Origin: a virus
Taxonomy: Duplodnaviria; Caudoviricetes
Virus record (IMG/VR): IMGVR_UViG_3300032116_000469
Location: 1-41,600 of that record
Direction: 5' to 3' (one strand)
Length of the DNA stretch: 41,600 nucleotides
This document shows, one piece after another, positions 1 through 8,183 of this stretch. Below the pieces are notes generated by a model. The model was not told the origin of the DNA. It searched no databases and was given only the letters and a program-made list of their open reading frames with translations. The translations under genes and the position numbers were made by a program. Numbering within the stretch: position 1 is the first letter of the stretch; each line of letters begins with the position of its first letter.

Positions 1-467
1 TAGTGTTCATCCAATCTAATTAAATTACAAATTTCTAACTGCTGCTGCTGGGCTTGCTTGACCTGAGTGTACCATTGTGGTTGACACCATCCTGCGATCA
101 AGTTATCAAGTATAGGACGATGTTGCGTATTGTTCAATTTGTGATAGGTATCCGTGGCCAATTCGGCCACATCAACTGGATGAGCGCCGGCTTTGCTTAG
201 ATATCTATCAGTGAGATAGAACATGTCGTCAGATTCAAAGGTTATTCTAATAACTTGATTGCCAACGTCTACATCTGGGGCTAGTTCACATAGATGCTGT
301 GCATCAAAAGTTTTGTTGTCAATAAACTCTTGACTGCTACGATGTGCGCGACCTTGGCTGTCAAAGATATCAAAGTCGGCCAGACTGTGAGATTCAGTCA
401 GATACTTGTTGCAGACATGTTCAAGATACTTGCCGTGTGTGCCAGGAACAAAGTCAATGTAGATCAC
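1..467 (-). CDS. Hypothetical protein, 3' end truncated by the window (MIYIDFVPGTHGKYLEHVCNK...)
   Basis: Not in the ORF track. Manual translation from a GTG at 467, overlapping the upstream TGA (GTGA), stays open to base 1. Confidence 0.75.
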   Translation of the reverse strand, partial: MIYIDFVPGTHGKYLEHVCNKYLTESHSLADFDIFDSQGRAHRSSQEFIDNKTFDAQHLCELAPDVDVGNQVIRITFESDDMFYLTDRYLSKAGAHPVDVAELATDTYHKLNNTQHRPILDNLIAGWCQPQWYTQVKQAQQQQLEICNLIRLDEH

Positions 468-1186
468 CAGCCCAGTTCCTGAAAATATGATTCTACGTAG
501 GCACGTTCAGCACTGCAACTGGCAAACCTACGCTGCCAATATTCAGAATCAATGTAAGGCCAAATCATGTTAATCTGTCCTGCATCTAAAGACTCCAAGA
601 AGTTCATGCCTGCACCCGTATTGTATAACACCCAAGCACTGATACGGCCACCTACTATGGCCACACATATCTCGTTGGTGTTACCATAGCGTAGATAGTC
701 TTTGGGCGGATTGCCAGTGACTGTGTTCCAGCGGTCGGCAGCATCTAGAGCACGTCGTATAGCTGGCTCGGGCATTTCTTGTCTAAGATATTGCAACAGA
801 AACTCGTCATAGAGACTGTCTTTACACCAGTTGTCAAGGCGTTTGTTATTGGCCAGTAGCCATTCAAGATACTGTTCACTCCCAATGACTCTGGTACCTT
901 GGCAGTATCTACCAAACTTTACAAAAGCCTTGTAGTAAGGACTGCGTACAAAGTCCTCCCAGGTTTTGAGCTTGGCTGATCCTTGTGTGGTTTCATAGAA
1001 ACGTATGAATGCTTGATAGCCTATCTGTACGCCGCGGTCGTTGCGTTCTCGATCTCTACGTTTTTGCTCACAGATATGCACTTCGAGACTTTGCTGTCTG
1101 GCAAATGCTCGACCGCAGTAGCCGCAGACATTGTCACTTGGTGTCTGTGCCGTGGTCTTTGACCCAACGTTTGATTTCTTTTTCAT
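464..1186 (-). CDS. Phage protein with N-terminal C2HC/C2H2-type zinc finger
   Basis: CGYCGRAFARQQSLEVHIC matches C-x2-C-x3-F-x5-L-x2-H; exact start uncertain (53-nt overlap with the upstream gene). Confidence 0.75.
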   Translation of the reverse strand: MKKKSNVGSKTTAQTPSDNVCGYCGRAFARQQSLEVHICEQKRRDRERNDRGVQIGYQAFIRFYETTQGSAKLKTWEDFVRSPYYKAFVKFGRYCQGTRVIGSEQYLEWLLANNKRLDNWCKDSLYDEFLLQYLRQEMPEPAIRRALDAADRWNTVTGNPPKDYLRYGNTNEICVAIVGGRISAWVLYNTGAGMNFLESLDAGQINMIWPYIDSEYWQRRFASCSAERAYVESYFQELGW

Positions 1187-1577
1187 CGTTTATGGCTACA
1201 AGACAGTCAATGTCATCTAGCTTGTGTGCCGGTAAGTAATCTTGCAGTTCGGTGGCCAGCTTGTTTTTAGCTGCCTTCTTGGGACCAGCAATCCATTGAT
1301 GTCTAAAAGAGCCAAGCCCCGGACTAACACTGCTGGCGCAGAGCCATTGCAGTTTGGGATGTTTGTTAATCGTAAAAAAATGTTTGTTTAGTCGCTCATT
1401 GGTACTGAGCACATAAAATTCTTGTAGCTCTCTGCTGCCCTGTACACTAGAGCCCCACCTGATCATGAGATAGTTACTGAACTTCTTGCGTTCTTCGTCA
1501 GTCAGCTCGTCATAGAACTGGCGGTTCTTGCTGTCGAACTGACGCATTTCATTTTGGATGTTTAATTTATCACTCAT
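1134..1577 (-). CDS. Putative clamp loader small subunit (T4 gp62-like)
   Basis: Size and pattern (FSNYLMIRW...N...HPKLQW...HQW followed by a basic stretch) resemble gp62-like proteins; lies in a replication neighbourhood. Confidence 0.5.
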   Translation of the reverse strand: MSDKLNIQNEMRQFDSKNRQFYDELTDEERKKFSNYLMIRWGSSVQGSRELQEFYVLSTNERLNKHFFTINKHPKLQWLCASSVSPGLGSFRHQWIAGPKKAAKNKLATELQDYLPAHKLDDIDCLVAINDEKEIKRWVKDHGTDTK

Positions 1578-1839
1578 CTTGGGTCTGACATAATCTGTAA
1601 ATTAGTCTAGCACGTTCCAGAGCTTCTTGTAAAGCAGGATGATGCTCGGATTGTTTGACCATGTCAACCAACATAGACACTTCTTCTATTGGCATGCCAC
1701 AGATTTTAGGTCCGTTTTTGGCTGTATAGTCACTGCCTATTTCAAATCTTTTGTCGGGAGGATCGCCCATTTGCCGTGCATATACAACACCATCCGACTT
1801 TTCATAAACGTATTGCACACCAGGTTTTAGACTGCCCAT
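1570..1839 (-). CDS. Hypothetical protein
   Basis: 89-aa ORF tightly packed in the operon. Confidence 0.75.
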   Translation of the reverse strand: MGSLKPGVQYVYEKSDGVVYARQMGDPPDKRFEIGSDYTAKNGPKICGMPIEEVSMLVDMVKQSEHHPALQEALERARLIYRLCQTQDE

Positions 1840-1840
1840 A

Positions 1841-2341
1841 TTACCATGCCTTAGAGTAGTTTACAATTTCACAGTTACGGCTGATATCTTTACAGAAGTA
1901 CACGCATCTGGGATTGTCGTTGTCCTCAATGGGCACTGTAAGCATCTGGCCGTTTTTTAATTTAGGACTGAACCAAGTTACATCATGATAAACATCAATT
2001 ATTTCCAATGGTAAAAAGCTAGGCCTAAAACTGCTTAGTGGATTGAACTCAAACACACTAAAGCCACGATCGTTAATTGATGTAAGTGGCAGCATTTCTA
2101 AGTCGCCTAGGTCTGGCTCACCAATTAAGATTTGCCAGGTCAGTGGCATCTTGACAGTTTGGCTACCTATACGTAACACCAGGGCAGGACTATTGAAGCT
2201 TTCTAAAAAGATCAAGGGTATGAAATAGTAGTCGGGATTCTGCGGGTCGCTGTTGTCCAAAATATTAAATCTAAGATCATCAACCTGATCTGGTAGTGTA
2301 TCTAATTCGTAGGATTGATTTCCTAATGTTAGTATTCTCAT
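1841..2341 (-). CDS. Hypothetical beta-rich phage protein
   Basis: 166-aa ORF; TATAAT lies 7 nt before the ATG. Confidence 0.8.
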   Translation of the reverse strand: MRILTLGNQSYELDTLPDQVDDLRFNILDNSDPQNPDYYFIPLIFLESFNSPALVLRIGSQTVKMPLTWQILIGEPDLGDLEMLPLTSINDRGFSVFEFNPLSSFRPSFLPLEIIDVYHDVTWFSPKLKNGQMLTVPIEDNDNPRCVYFCKDISRNCEIVNYSKAW

Positions 2342-2348
2342 AAATCAA

Positions 2349-2354
2349 ATTATA
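2349..2354 (-). promoter_or_regulatory. Possible -10 box (TATAAT), implying a near-leaderless transcript
   Basis: CTGTATAATTTGATTTATG on the minus strand; -35 element is weak. Confidence 0.4.
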
Positions 2355-2408
2355 CAGTAGAGTTTTTGATATTGCGACCTAAGATTAGGCAATGATCATC
2401 AAATTGAT

Positions 2409-3869
2409 TTACTGCCACTCTAACTTCTCTTGGGTAAATGGATAGTTTGCTTCTTTGTAGTAGGCCTTGCGCTTGGTCAAATGGCGTTTGGCAAATCTGC
2501 AGGTACTGGTCACGTCCCAGATCTGTACATGATCTTTGTCTTCAGCTTTTCGGATACCTCGACCAATTGACTGTATAACGCGAACGAAGCTTTTTCCCGG
2601 TTCAACAAGTACAAGATTAAAGATACGGGGTATATTGATACCCACAGCGGCAACACCGTAAGTAGCCACAATAATTTTGTCATCAGTCTCAGCAACTTCA
2701 TCATAATGTTCTTTTCTCTCTGTGGCCTTGGTAGCGCCGCTGACAAACACAGCACGATCGCCTAGCCTTGCCACTAGTTCTTGTCCGGCAGTGATACGAT
2801 CTACCAGTACCAGTGTATTGCCAGTTTCGTTAACACGCTGTATCAAACCAGCTATGGTGTCTAGTCTACCAGGTTCTTCAAGTAGATATTTGAGTTCGCT
2901 TTGGTAGTTCGTGTGTTCCACATGATCAACCAACTGTACCACGTTCACATGGCACTGTGCTAGCACACCTTGTTCTTGTAGTTCGCTGGCTGCTAGTCGA
3001 CTGACCACTGGTCCAAGACTGACCAACAGTGCCACAGATTCAAACTGTTCTTTGGGTATAGTGCCGGTAAGCCCCCAACGCAAAGGTATGTGTGCCATAG
3101 TGCCTGTCAGCAGAGTTTTCAACGCATCGGCTTTGGCCATGTGGACTTCATCAACAATCACACATACTACGCCATCAATAAAATCCTGTATGGTACAGTC
3201 ACCTACTTGGTTGCGAGTGTTCTTTAGTAACACATTTAGACTCTGCCATGTACAGATAGTGTGTTGTTTATTCCACTCTTTGCGATCACCATAGTAGACT
3301 CCGACGTCTAGCCCAAGATTGCGATAGTCTTTTTCTGTTTGTATGATCAGACTTTTGTTTGGAACTATGACTATGCTACGACCAAAGTGTCCGGCATGCC
3401 AGCTGAGTGCCGCAGTCATTATGGTCTTGCCAGCACCTGTTGCCACTTCTTGTATGCACTGTGGATTTTTAAGAAAGTTATTGACAATGTCAACTTGATA
3501 ATCTCTCAGCAGAATAGGCTTGCCTGCTTCTGGATGTCCTTTAGGCCATGTGCGGTCACTAAAAGTGTCTTCAGTAACCAAAGGAAAATCAAAGTTGATG
3601 TTGTATTCTCTGAGGTCGTTGATCTCTATATCATAACCCATGCCTTCTAGCATGGGTATAATGTCTGGTAACAAGTTGATATAGGTGCTACCGCCAAGTT
3701 GAAAATAGCTGACCTTGCCGTCCCAGCGACCTAGTCTAACTGCGGGTAGATATCTTGCATAAGGAACATCGTATTTGAAACGATTAACAAGGCTGCGCCT
3801 TGCATCTAATTCAAGCCCTTCGATCTTTACGTTGACCTCATCTCGGATTACTAAAGTGGCTTCTCTCAT
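2409..3869 (-). CDS. uvsW: UvsW-like superfamily 2 DNA helicase
   Basis: Q motif LRDYQ, Walker A ATGAGKT, DEVH, motif III GLTGT, motif VI QSIGRGIR; start taken as MREATL at 3869. Confidence 0.9.
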   Translation of the reverse strand: MREATLVIRDEVNVKIEGLELDARRSLVNRFKYDVPYARYLPAVRLGRWDGKVSYFQLGGSTYINLLPDIIPMLEGMGYDIEINDLREYNINFDFPLVTEDTFSDRTWPKGHPEAGKPILLRDYQVDIVNNFLKNPQCIQEVATGAGKTIMTAALSWHAGHFGRSIVIVPNKSLIIQTEKDYRNLGLDVGVYYGDRKEWNKQHTICTWQSLNVLLKNTRNQVGDCTIQDFIDGVVCVIVDEVHMAKADALKTLLTGTMAHIPLRWGLTGTIPKEQFESVALLVSLGPVVSRLAASELQEQGVLAQCHVNVVQLVDHVEHTNYQSELKYLLEEPGRLDTIAGLIQRVNETGNTLVLVDRITAGQELVARLGDRAVFVSGATKATERKEHYDEVAETDDKIIVATYGVAAVGINIPRIFNLVLVEPGKSFVRVIQSIGRGIRKAEDKDHVQIWDVTSTCRFAKRHLTKRKAYYKEANYPFTQEKLEWQ

Positions 3870-3875
3870 TGTGCT

Positions 3876-3903
3876 AGTATAGCACACTATTTAACTAAGT
3901 CAA
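3876..3903 (-). promoter_or_regulatory. Sigma70-like promoter (TTGACT-N16-TATACT, extended -10) with an embedded TAAATA box
   Basis: Minus strand TTGACTTAGTTAAATAGTGTGCTATACTAGCACAATG. Confidence 0.6.
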
Positions 3904-3930
3904 AAAAAAAGGCGTCCAATCTAGGACGCC
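3902..3930 (-). terminator. Rho-independent terminator downstream of the AAA+ gene
   Basis: GGCGTCC-TAGATT-GGACGCC followed by T9. Confidence 0.85.
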
Positions 3931-3933
3931 TAT

Positions 3934-3958
3934 AAAAGGTTGCCTTGTTTCGGCAACC
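3934..3958 (-). terminator. Second, tandem terminator-like hairpin
   Basis: GGTTGCC-GAAACAA-GGCAACC followed by TTTT. Confidence 0.55.
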
Positions 3959-3969
3959 AGGAGCATTGG

Positions 3970-4992
3970 TTAACTGTGCTTCATGCAAGTGCTTTCAGCA
4001 AGTGCTCGCCAGTTAGTGGACACCTTGGTAAGGTCTGCCAGTTTGAGTGCCATACGCAGGCTGATCTCGCGCATGCGTGAGTGATTGGCGATCATAAAGT
4101 CTACGATTTCTTCACCTTGTTCAGGAGTAAAGTCGTAGTCTTGGAACAGATCGCCTTTACGGAAGATCTGTTTGATACGCATGATCTTGTCACGTGTGGT
4201 GTTCAGTGTAAGATCCAAAAAGTGGCAGCGTGATTGCAGTGCCTCTAAATGGTCTTGCAGTTTTTTGCTCTTGAGATTTTCGAACTTAAGGTTAGTAATA
4301 AAGATTATGGAACCTTTGAAGTCAAAGCTGTCTGGGATGCCTTCGCGACGCAGCAGCGATGAATCGGCATTCCAGTGGATGCGGCGCTTTTTACCCGAAT
4401 CTAGTGCGGCCTTGAGAATGTTCAGTGCAAGGTCATCCAAAAGGATGCTGTCGCAGTCGTCGAATACTAGCACGTTCTTGGGATCACTGTGTCGATACAG
4501 AGTAGCGTACAGACCAATAGGAGTCATGGCACCCTTGATCACTTCGTACTTGATCTTCTTGCCGGAGATCTGATCAAACAGTCCGGCCTTTTCTAGTTGG
4601 AATTCAACACCGTAGCTCTTGCCCACACCAGGCGGGCCAACTACGATCATGGCACGAATGTCGCCTTGAATTGCTGCCTTGGTCATGTCGTCCAGAATGT
4701 TGAACCGTTGTTCAATACGGTCCATGACTTGTTCGTCGGTCTCTTGCGGACGATTTTCTACTACCTTAAGTGCAGGTTTAGCTGTCACTGTATCTCCTCC
4801 TACGATTTCTATGTCATCGATGCTGTCTACTTTGATGCGCACTACATCATGCTCTGCACCAAAATAACCATCGCTGCGAACTGTTACAAAATTGCCTTTG
4901 GCGCCTGTTGTAAAATCCTTAACCAACGTAAAAGCCACATCACGCACAGTTTGGTTACGATACACGCCACAGCGGACTAGTACTTGTGTCAT
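3970..4992 (-). CDS. AAA+ / P-loop ATPase
   Basis: Walker A GPPGVGKS, Walker B LVFDDCD, sensor-1 IFITN, ALQSRC; start MTQV has an AGGAG SD. Confidence 0.85.
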   Translation of the reverse strand: MTQVLVRCGVYRNQTVRDVAFTLVKDFTTGAKGNFVTVRSDGYFGAEHDVVRIKVDSIDDIEIVGGDTVTAKPALKVVENRPQETDEQVMDRIEQRFNILDDMTKAAIQGDIRAMIVVGPPGVGKSYGVEFQLEKAGLFDQISGKKIKYEVIKGAMTPIGLYATLYRHSDPKNVLVFDDCDSILLDDLALNILKAALDSGKKRRIHWNADSSLLRREGIPDSFDFKGSIIFITNLKFENLKSKKLQDHLEALQSRCHFLDLTLNTTRDKIMRIKQIFRKGDLFQDYDFTPEQGEEIVDFMIANHSRMREISLRMALKLADLTKVSTNWRALAESTCMKHS

Positions 4993-5022
4993 AATTGCTC
5001 CTGTTTTGTTATGTTGTATGCT

Positions 5023-5051
5023 ATTGTAAGCGATCTTGAATATACGGTCAA
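5023..5051 (-). promoter_or_regulatory. Sigma70-type (early) promoter TTGACC-N17-TACAAT
   Basis: Near-consensus boxes with 17-bp spacing, 30 nt upstream of the AAA+ start. Confidence 0.8.
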
Positions 5052-5060
5052 CCACGCATG

Positions 5061-5106
5061 ATTGTTGCTTTTTTTGCAACAATAATGTTGCAGTTCTAGC
5101 AACATT
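5061..5106. promoter_or_regulatory. Two tandem 8-7-8 palindromes (TGTTGC-N7-GCAACA), putative operator
   Basis: ATTGTTGC-TTTTTTT-GCAACAAT followed directly by AATGTTGC-AGTTCTA-GCAACATT. Confidence 0.65.
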
Positions 5107-5120
5107 GCTGATTAGGTAAC

Positions 5121-5156
5121 AAAAAAGGCTGTAACATACCTAGATGTTACAGCCTT
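5121..5156 (-). terminator. Rho-independent terminator
   Basis: 13-bp stem AAGGCTGTAACAT/ATGTTACAGCCTT with a T-run on the minus strand. Confidence 0.85.
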
Positions 5157-5177
5157 AGTGTTAAGTGGTCAACCTAT

Positions 5178-5858
5178 TTAGGTAATGGGTGTAAGAGTTT
5201 CGTAGAGTGCCATGTTGGCAATGTTGTTTTCTCGTGCCATAGTACGCATGGTCTCTGCTTCTTCTTGCATGGTAAAACGATCCGCAGTCTGCTGAGCTGG
5301 CAAAGTCAGCACCATTGAAACTGAGTCTCCGGCGCTGGCATCAACCACGCAACGTGGCAACGCTTCTGGATCTGTGCTGGGTGCCAGTCCGTTGGTCTTG
5401 ACCTGTGTTCTAATGTCGGTATATGGACTAGGAAAATACATTAGATCTGGATTGGAAACACGCCAGCCGCCTTTGGCTGCTACGCTGTCCTTGATCGCTT
5501 GTGGAATACTTTCTTCAGCGATGTCGCCCAAATAGGCTCTTTCCTCGTTGGTCAGAGCAGGGTTAGAGCGCACATAGCCAACGGGCCAAATGTCTGTGAT
5601 AGCAATATCGCCCGCATCGCAGCGTATAGTCATGTCAACTGTGGTAGCCGAAAAATTAGGCGTATCAAATTCTACTATTGCCAGTCTTGGGCTGCTGTCT
5701 TTGCTCCAAGTAAACACATTAGGTGCGTCGTCCCGGTAGTCTAAGTTAGGGTCTCCGGGCTGTACTGGTCCGCTATAAACCTGCACTCCGTCAACACTGA
5801 CTGTGATAGCTGCGTCTGCTGTGCTTTCGCCACCAATAAAATATCGTCTAGTTGCCAT
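5178..5858 (-). CDS. Hypothetical protein, possibly virion-associated
   Basis: 226 aa with AGGAG SD, its own TAAATA box (5877-5882) and its own terminator. Confidence 0.75.
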   Translation of the reverse strand: MATRRYFIGGESTADAAITVSVDGVQVYSGPVQPGDPNLDYRDDAPNVFTWSKDSSPRLAIVEFDTPNFSATTVDMTIRCDAGDIAITDIWPVGYVRSNPALTNEERAYLGDIAEESIPQAIKDSVAAKGGWRVSNPDLMYFPSPYTDIRTQVKTNGLAPSTDPEALPRCVVDASAGDSVSMVLTLPAQQTADRFTMQEEAETMRTMARENNIANMALYETLTPIT

Positions 5859-5883
5859 AAATCTTCTCCTGTGTAATATTTAG

Positions 5884-6678
5884 CTAGACCCAATGCTTTA
5901 CCACCACAGGGTCTGTCACATCGTGTGGTTTAGGGCGCCCGTGAAACACCAGAATACTGGTTTTGTCATCTAGTTCTGCGCCAAGCCCTTCTCTACGATA
6001 TCTACGTGTGCGCACATCCATGCCACCGTCTTGTACTTCCCAGCGCCAGCTTTTTACTCTTGGTGTTTCTAAAAAACGTTTCTGATCTTCGGGCAGCACA
6101 GCGTTTAGATAATCTTGATCACCTGGGTAGCTGGTTACCCAACGTGGCCAGTCTTTTTGAAAGTCCGTCCAAAGGTGTTTGTAACGCACTGTATCCCAAA
6201 ACATCACACTGCTGTTCATTGATGAATATCCGGTTTTCCAAAGATACCTAAAGTCACGCAGTGTCCAAAAATATGCGGGATTCAGTTGCAGCATCCAGGT
6301 TAGATCGCCCACAATCACTGTGTCTAAATCAAAGTATAACAGATGTCCTGCGTAGTGTTCAACATTAAACATCTGTAGCTTGTACCACCAAGCTCGTTTG
6401 GGTCCTGCCAGTTCAGGACTTTCATCCAGTATGTGTTTGATCATGTGCGGTGGCACACTTCTATGATGTTCGGTCCAAACGTGCATACGAATGTCGTTGC
6501 TAAATCCGCGACGCAACCCGTTGTATAGTTTTTCTACATAGTCCCAACTGTAGGCATTTCCGTGTATGACACAGGCACAGTCCAAAGGGCCAGTCCTTGT
6601 AGGCGCACTGTATTCGCCACGTTTGACAGCACGATGCAGCTCTTTGGCTGCTCTAATTTGTTCTTTAGTCATTTCCAT
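5884..6678 (-). CDS. GT-A glycosyltransferase (GT8-like)
   Basis: WWYKL, YFDLD (DxD), NSSVM, GDQDY, FHGRPKPH; start at MEMTK abuts the upstream stop. Confidence 0.8.
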   Translation of the reverse strand: MEMTKEQIRAAKELHRAVKRGEYSAPTRTGPLDCACVIHGNAYSWDYVEKLYNGLRRGFSNDIRMHVWTEHHRSVPPHMIKHILDESPELAGPKRAWWYKLQMFNVEHYAGHLLYFDLDTVIVGDLTWMLQLNPAYFWTLRDFRYLWKTGYSSMNSSVMFWDTVRYKHLWTDFQKDWPRWVTSYPGDQDYLNAVLPEDQKRFLETPRVKSWRWEVQDGGMDVRTRRYRREGLGAELDDKTSILVFHGRPKPHDVTDPVVVKHWV

Positions 6679-6679
6679 G

Positions 6680-7480
6680 TTAGTCGGAACTGCTTTCAGT
6701 CCAATATGGATATTTGCGTAACACCTGATCAACCTGTTCAGGATATTCAGTTACAATCAAACTGGTTTCGCACTTTCGATTAATCGCACTGGCTGCATCT
6801 AAATTATGAAAACTTTCTAACATTTGAGTAGTGTCTCTGTGCTGCGTTTCAATACAGCTTCGAGCTTTATTTGCCACCACATCGTCGTTGCCCATCCAGC
6901 CCCAATGCCAGCCAGCAAGTTGAGGAAAGTGTACGCACAAACTGCGATCCTTTCGCTTCTGTGCATGACCTACGCCAGCTAAAGGTCCTTTGTAAAGTGT
7001 GCAAGGATCTTGAAACATACGCTTCCTGGCTACAACATTACCTGCCCAGGTGCGGTCAACTCGTTGATCAAATCTATAAATGTACATTTCGAGACTACAA
7101 GTAACTGGTTGATCGTGCTGATCCATCAGTGCAATGATCTCGGGCACCAGATCTGGATTGAGTATTTCATCAAGATCGCTGTGCATGACAATGTCATTAT
7201 CGTCCACATCTTCATAGCCCGGTAACAGTGCTGCACGTTGACCATTTTCAATATCCCAATTGGTCCAAGTTTCTGGAATGTCCAAAGCAATTACACGTAT
7301 GCGATCGCCCCAGGGACGATATCGTTCAATATTCTCTGACAAATGAAACGGTTTGGGCTTACCACTCATTGTGCGACTGCCTTCGCAGATGACCCAACGA
7401 TCTACCCAGTGTTGAGTGAGCTCTAGACGTATGTCTAGCATGTCAAACTCGTCGTTGAAAAGCGTGGTGTCTACTACCAT
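6680..7480 (-). CDS. GT17-like glycosyltransferase (beta-1,4-GlcNAc transferase family)
   Basis: FNDEFDMLDIRL, E...T.SGKPKP, ENGQR, SDLDEI, AGWHW. Confidence 0.8.
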   Translation of the reverse strand: MVVDTTLFNDEFDMLDIRLELTQHWVDRWVICEGSRTMSGKPKPFHLSENIERYRPWGDRIRVIALDIPETWTNWDIENGQRAALLPGYEDVDDNDIVMHSDLDEILNPDLVPEIIALMDQHDQPVTCSLEMYIYRFDQRVDRTWAGNVVARKRMFQDPCTLYKGPLAGVGHAQKRKDRSLCVHFPQLAGWHWGWMGNDDVVANKARSCIETQHRDTTQMLESFHNLDAASAINRKCETSLIVTEYPEQVDQVLRKYPYWTESSSD

Positions 7481-7482
7481 GA

Positions 7483-8127
7483 TTAGAATTGATATATTAT
7501 CTGATAAGCGTCATGTATTGGTTGTCGGCCTTTTTGTTCAAGATATTCCACAATAAGTCGACCTTTGCCGGTGCGGCGGTAATCTGCAACGAATCTGCTG
7601 TTGTCATCTATGGCAACCATGGCACCGGCTTTGATGTGTGGCTCTATGGCCTGAAATTCTCGAAGATGGTGCTCAGCACTGGGTTGATCATTTTCCCACT
7701 TGCAGTCCCAACTGTCTAGATAGAACAGATCAACCGCATGTAGATTAGTTTGTGATTTCAACCAGTCTACACTGTCACTACAGAACACTTGAAAGCGTTC
7801 GCTGTGAATAGTGCGTTGTGCGGCCTGCACTGCCTTAGTATCTATATCAACACTCTTTACCCAGCCGCCATGGCGATCAACAAATTCTGTAAAAATTTTC
7901 GCACTTTGCCCGTCTTTCCAGTTGCCAGGATTGCGCAATGTACCGGTTTCAACAATATAGAAATTAGTTGTACGTCTAAGCAATAAACGCTCAAATATTT
8001 TTAGAAAGCCAGTGCCACGCTGTAGGTGCCCTTCTACCAAACCACGTTTAGCACCACTGCTTTTAGGCATCAGTAGATCGTAATAGTTGTTTTGGTAATA
8101 GGCCAACCAGTTTAATGTAGTGTCCAT
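7483..8127 (-). CDS. Class I SAM-dependent methyltransferase
   Basis: IVETGT motif I, SVDI, SDSV, YLDSWD, IDD. Confidence 0.8.
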   Translation of the reverse strand: MDTTLNWLAYYQNNYYDLLMPKSSGAKRGLVEGHLQRGTGFLKIFERLLLRRTTNFYIVETGTLRNPGNWKDGQSAKIFTEFVDRHGGWVKSVDIDTKAVQAAQRTIHSERFQVFCSDSVDWLKSQTNLHAVDLFYLDSWDCKWENDQPSAEHHLREFQAIEPHIKAGAMVAIDDNSRFVADYRRTGKGRLIVEYLEQKGRQPIHDAYQIIYQF

Positions 8128-8133
8128 ATTGAT

Positions 8134-8161
8134 TATTTACCATAATCTACCTACATAAATA
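8134..8161. promoter_or_regulatory. Divergent pair of TAAATA late-type boxes
   Basis: Minus-strand TAAATA at 8134-8139, 6 nt from the ATG at 8127; plus-strand TAAATA at 8156-8161, ahead of the ATG at 8184. Confidence 0.6.
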
Positions 8162-8183
8162 TTTGATCAATTTGGACCATTAA

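Noticed and set aside
1841-2341. Possible Hint/intein-like fold
   Set aside because: Only a vague beta-strand pattern; there is no N-terminal Cys/Ser, TxxH or terminal His-Asn. It would need structure prediction.
3870-5082. Longer ORF-track starts (3887, 5082; likewise 6732, 8846, 12219, 13818, 16481, 41236)
   Set aside because: They run through promoters or upstream genes; the downstream ATGs have an SD or stop-start coupling.
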